Assembly (NCBI RefSeq): GCF_001194135.2
Contig: NC_068998.1
Span: 41,682,315-41,723,082, forward strand
Direction: 5' to 3'
Length of the DNA stretch: 40,768 nucleotides
From: Octopus bimaculoides
Lineage: Eukaryota
Positions 36,557-40,768 of the stretch are shown piece after piece. The first letter of the stretch is position 1, and each line of letters begins with the position of its first letter. The notes beneath the pieces are model-generated. The model was not told the DNA's origin and searched no databases. It saw only the letters and a list, made by a program, of their open reading frames with translations. The translations under genes and the position numbers were made by a program.

Positions 36557-37249
36557 ATATTAATTTAAACAACTACATGCTATATACACCACCCTTCACA
36601 GCCACGTTGTCTTTAATTCTCTACACATCAACTATTCATTGATCTTCATATTCCAATGTTCCTAAACGTGCCATTGGCCATCCTAAATGCTAACATCCCT
36701 TACTATCTTCTGTCTATAAAGAAGTAATTCCGATAGATTCAAGCGGCACTAATTTATACGAAATCATCTACCCATAGTCGGCAACTGACTGTTTATGTAT
36801 CTTCAAGATACTATGTTCTAGAATGCTCTACTGCCCATCTTCGTTGGTAATAACACCCTTTATCTTAACAGAAGTCATTAGTTATCATTTATACTGCAAA
36901 CATTAATAATCATATGTGATGCACACATAGACTTTCGTTATAATATTGTCTTTAACTCAGCAGGCGTATACCTGATAATTCTTTAGATGCTTAATCTCTA
37001 TTGTGTAGAAATTTACAGTGATGTGGTATTGATATAACCTCAAACTAATCCACTTTTGAGTTTTTTTTGTTTTGAAAATTGAAGTCGTTCTTTTTTCTTT
37101 TTTTTTTTCCTGTCCAGCCACATTACTTATTTCTCACCCGATTGTATGTAATAAATCTCCACACGAATCGTTACCTGTCGTATAAATGTCCCGTTTGTCT
37201 CAGATTTCTGTGGCAAACAAAAAAGAACATTATGTTGATGGTGTTCATA

Positions 37250-37314
37250 ATCATCATCATCATCATCACCCACCAACCACCACCACCACCGCCACCATCC
37301 CCCACCGCCACTAC

Positions 37315-37366
<52 letters not shown>

Positions 37367-37392
37367 GTCATCGTCGTCGTCGTCGTCTTCGT
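37250..37392 (+). repeat. (CAT)n/(CAC)n/(CGT)n compound microsatellite
   Basis: Read directly. Confidence 0.95.
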
Positions 37393-37469
37393 CATATCTA
37401 TTTTATTATTTTCATCGTTTTTATAATTAGGTGATAGAGTAATTAAAATTTATAATTTTTATAATTAGC

Positions 37470-37672
37470 TGTTGCAGATACGGACAAAATGCTTAGTGGC
37501 ATTTCGTCCGCACAAACGATCTGCGTTCAAATTCCGCCGAGTTCCATTTTACCCTTTCGTAATTTCGGCATCGATAAATTAAGTACCAGTTAAGCACTGG
37601 GAACTATGTAATCCACATTCACCCACCCCTGAAATTACTGGCTTTGAGCCAAAATTTGAAATCAGTATTATT
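37470..37672 (+). mobile_element. SINE family C
   Basis: AAATGCTTAGTGGCATTTCGTC...GTTCAAATTCCGCCGAG...CCAAAATTTGAAATCAGTATTATT. Confidence 0.8.
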
Positions 37673-37677
37673 GTAAA

Positions 37678-37926
37678 GAGTCGGGGCGCGTGGCTTAGTG
37701 GTTAGCTTGTCAGCATCATGATCGTAAGATTGTGGTTTCGATTCCTGGACCGGGTGACGCGTTCTGTTCTTGAGCCAAACACTTCATTTCACGTTGCTCC
37801 AGTCCACTCAGCTGGCAAAAATGAGTAATGCTGCGATGGACTGGCGTCCCGTCCAGCTGGGGATCATATAGGCCATTGAAACCGGGAAACCGGGCCCAGG
37901 AGCCTGGCTAGGCTTTAAAAGGGCGC

Positions 37927-37960
<34 letters not shown>
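37678..37960 (+). mobile_element. tRNA-derived SINE with a different head/body and tail 2
   Basis: TGGCTTAGTGG A-box and GGTTTCGATTCC B-box. Tail 2 starts near 37828, followed by (TA)n. 12-bp TSD TATTATTGTAAA at 37666-77 and 37961-72. Confidence 0.88.
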
Positions 37961-37963
<3 letters not shown>

Positions 37964-38019
37964 TATTGTAAAAAAAGCGAATTCGTAGAATCGTTATTAC
38001 GCCAAACAAAATGTTTAGT

Positions 38020-38180
38020 ATTTCTGCTGGCCATTTACGTCCTGATGGCAAACAGAGCTGAGGCAGACTTTGTCTTTCATCCTTTCGGAATCGATTAAAT
38101 TAAAGACCAAACGATAAGTGGGGGCGACGGACTCGACTAGCCCTCTCTCCCCAAATTTCCGGGCTTATGGAAATAATTAT
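38020..38180 (+). mobile_element. SINE family C, decayed
   Basis: GACTTTGTCTTTCATCCTTTCGGAATCGATTAAAT...CCCAAATTTCCGGGC. Confidence 0.6.
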
Positions 38181-38530
38181 TTTTATTGCTGTTAATGTTC
38201 CTTATTTATTATTCTTTTTTTCACAGAGTTTGCGTTACAAAAATGTCAACCAACATACTTGTTGCTGTACCTTTTGTAATCTTCTTTCACGTCTGTTCAT
38301 CGAACTGGATACGTTGAGTGTCAGGAACAAAATGTCTGCACGCGAGACATATGTAATCCGTTGATCCCGTTGTTTTGTCATTGTCGTTTAACAATGCATG
38401 GCTGAATATGCTTAAAGCCGTCGCTTATTATACAAGATACGTGATAGAGATATATAATGTACGAGAGTGTGTGTGTGTATAGTGTGTAAATGTATGTGTG
38501 TTTGTGTGTGTGTTTCTGTATGTAAGTTTG

Positions 38531-38564
<34 letters not shown>

Positions 38565-38699
38565 NNNNNNNNNNNNNNNNNNNNNNNNNNNNNNNNNNNN
38601 NNNNNNNNNNNNNNNNNNNNNNNNNNNNNNNNNNNNNNNNNNNNNNNNNNNNNNNNNNNNNNNNNNNNNNNNNNNNNNNNNNNNNNNNNNNNTATATAT

Positions 38700-39318
38700 A
38701 TTGCAATAATTTATTAAAACTAAAGCAGGGGTTGAACCATTAAATCATTTCTCGACATCGTCTCCTCGATTTCCGATACACTTTTCCGGGTCGAGCAATC
38801 CACAAATTTGCTTATTTCCTCGAAGAAGGTTTTGACATGCCTTGGTGGTCTCGGAGCTATTTATGAACCACTTTCTGCTCGTCTTCCTCCGTAGCAAGCC
38901 GACGACCTCGTAAAGGACGTTTGAGCGATCCAGTCCGGGTGTAGTCGGAAGGGATGCGATCTGAATTGTATGCAGGCTGTTCCAGCAACTCAAAAACCAA
39001 TTTTTCAACGACCGTATGTTGGCGTGCTTTGATAATAAAGCTCAACGTTTGGTGAAAATTGCTGGTTTCAGTCGGTTGACCAGCATTTTATTGCAACCAG
39101 TCCTGCGGACTGTACACTCATTTCTTAGGTAATATTACAGTATATGCTTTTTGCGTCCCTAAAAATATTTCGAATCATTTTATTTGCCGAAGGATGCGAT
39201 TTGAATTCATTTTATGGCGATTTCGGGTGTACCCTCTCCATACTCTGCTTTTTGGACTCTGCTTCAAAGTGATGGATACGAGTCTCACCTCCTGTGACTA
39301 TTATCTTCATTGCTGTGG
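38700..39318 (-). mobile_element. mariner transposase 3' half, decayed
   Basis: Minus strand: IVTGGETRIHHFEAESKKQSME (first D mutated to G), LEQPAYNSDRIPSDY..GSLKRPLRGRR, and EKCIGNRGDDVEK* ending at 38745. Confidence 0.9.
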
Positions 39319-39416
39319 TAGAGGGGTACCTTAGATAGATCACATGAAAGTGTGGCTAATTGCACACTATCTCTTGTACGCAGGCATCTCAATAGTAATT
39401 ATATACCCTTCCTCAT

Positions 39417-39803
39417 GGGAGACGCAATGGCCCAGTGGTTAGAGCAATGGACTTGCGGTCATAGGATCCCGGTTTCGATTCCCAGACCGGGTGCTGTGTG
39501 TGTTTATTGAGCTAAAGCCCCTAAAGCTCCACGAGGCTCTGGCAGGGGATGGTGGCGAACCCTGCTGTACTCTTTCACCACAACTTTGTCTCACTCTTTC
39601 TTCCTGTTTCTGTTGTACCTGTATTTCACAGGGACAGCCTTGTCACACTGTGTCACGCTGAATATCCCCGAGAACTACGTTAATGGTACACGTGTCTGTG
39701 GAGTGCTCAGCCACTTGCACGTTAATTTCACGAGCAGGCTGTTCTGTTGATTGGATCAACTGGAACCCACGACGTCGTAAACGATGGAGTGCCAACAACA
39801 ACA
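39417..39803 (+). mobile_element. tRNA-derived SINE, family A with tail 1
   Basis: Colinear with 20132-20506 and has a (CAA)n end. 12-bp TSD with one mismatch: ACCCTTCCTCAT 39405-16 and ACCCTTCCACAT 39804-15. Confidence 0.92.
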
Positions 39804-40284
39804 ACCCTTCCACATACCTGGTTCTTCAACCCTGTTAATGCATTATTATTTTTCGTTTCAGATTGCCGTAGCTATGACACAAGCATTAGAAACAAAGAAG
39901 TTGTTTGATTTTCAGTGAGGGCGTAATGTAGTTCAGTCTGATGATGGATTTGGCCAGCATAAGATTGCACGAGGCATTGAGATTCCTTTTGCCGCAACCA
40001 AGAGAGTGATTATACCATTTAGTTTTAAAGGAAAGGAATCAGCACCATCGTGTCGACACGAACCCTTTGAAAGAGGGCTGTTGAAAAGAAACCCGTCGTA
40101 TGGTTACTGACGTTGCGGAATAACTCGAAATGGAACGGAACATTTATGTCAGGCATCCACATCAATTGCGCTACCATGGCTGAGTAGCGAGAAGGAAGTC
40201 TCGTCGACCAGTAAATATCTCCAGAACAAAAGTGAAATAAATCATTCAAAATCGACTGGGATCATTTGGTTCTGAGATACGTAT

Positions 40285-40762
40285 TTACACACACACACAA
40301 ATACCTCACATACACATACACACACAAATACATCACACGCACACACACCCACACAAATACATCACACACACACACACACACACAAGTACATCACACATAC
40401 ATCACACATCACACATACATCAAACACACACATACACACACAAAAACATCACACACTCACACACACATACACACACACGCACATCACACATACACACACA
40501 CAAATACATCACACACACATACACACACAAATAAATCACACACTCACACACACACACAACACACGCACACGCACACATACATCATCATCATCATCATCAT
40601 CATCGTCTTCATCGTCATCGTCGTCGTTGCCACCGTCGTCATCGTCGTCGTTATCATCATCATCATCACACACACACACACGCACAAACAAACACACGCA
40701 CGCACAAACAAACACACGCACGCACAAACAAACACACGCACAAACAAACACACACACACACA
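40285..40762 (+). repeat. (CA)n-derived minisatellite with recurring AAATACATC, a (CAT/CGT)n block and a 20-bp unit CACGCACAAACAAACACACG
   Basis: Read directly. Confidence 0.85.
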
Positions 40763-40768
40763 CATTTA

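Larger units (their letters stand above)
6139..38692. other. Nine assembly gaps
   Basis: N-runs at 6139-6470, 7645-8044, 10196-10437, 15666-15889, 16978-17365, 18741-18963, 24868-25132, 28603-28612 and 38565-38692. Most abut microsatellites. Confidence 0.98.
1..40768. repeat. Dozens of (TA)n, (CA)n, (GA)n, (TCTA)n and (TACA)n arrays
   Basis: Examples: 750-805, 3517-3557, 10455-10510, 11212-11295, 15080-15167, 16690-16977, 23400-23545, 32235-32280, 33580-33650. Confidence 0.98.

Noticed and set aside
133-40765. Most ORFs in the supplied track (YIYI, CVCV, HTHT, LSLS, poly-T/N/G/H/D and X-runs)
   Set aside because: They are translations of microsatellites and N-gaps, not genes.

Overview
This is eukaryotic, very AT-rich, microsatellite-saturated, mostly non-coding DNA with nine N-gaps. 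The tRNA-derived SINE families match what I recall from octopus genomes, so the source is probably Octopus (inference, not checked by search). I found no intact protein-coding gene. Almost every ORF in the supplied track is a translation of a simple repeat or a gap. The window is a transposon graveyard: one Tc1 fragment, four mariner fragments, a hAT fossil, an R4/Dong-type LINE 3' fragment, three Penelope-like element (PLE) fragments, and about 25 copies of several SINE families, five with clear target-site duplications (TSDs). The best signal is not in the ORF track. It is a type I hammerhead ribozyme with an intact catalytic core (18588-18673) inside a perfect 79-bp inverted repeat whose right arm covers the predicted cleavage site. 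A second hammerhead with a degenerate core (24645-24692) and two weaker remnants have related architecture. A PLE/mariner/PLE chimera lies at 29.5-31.5 kb. All alignments and translations were done by eye, and element boundaries are approximate unless stated exactly.
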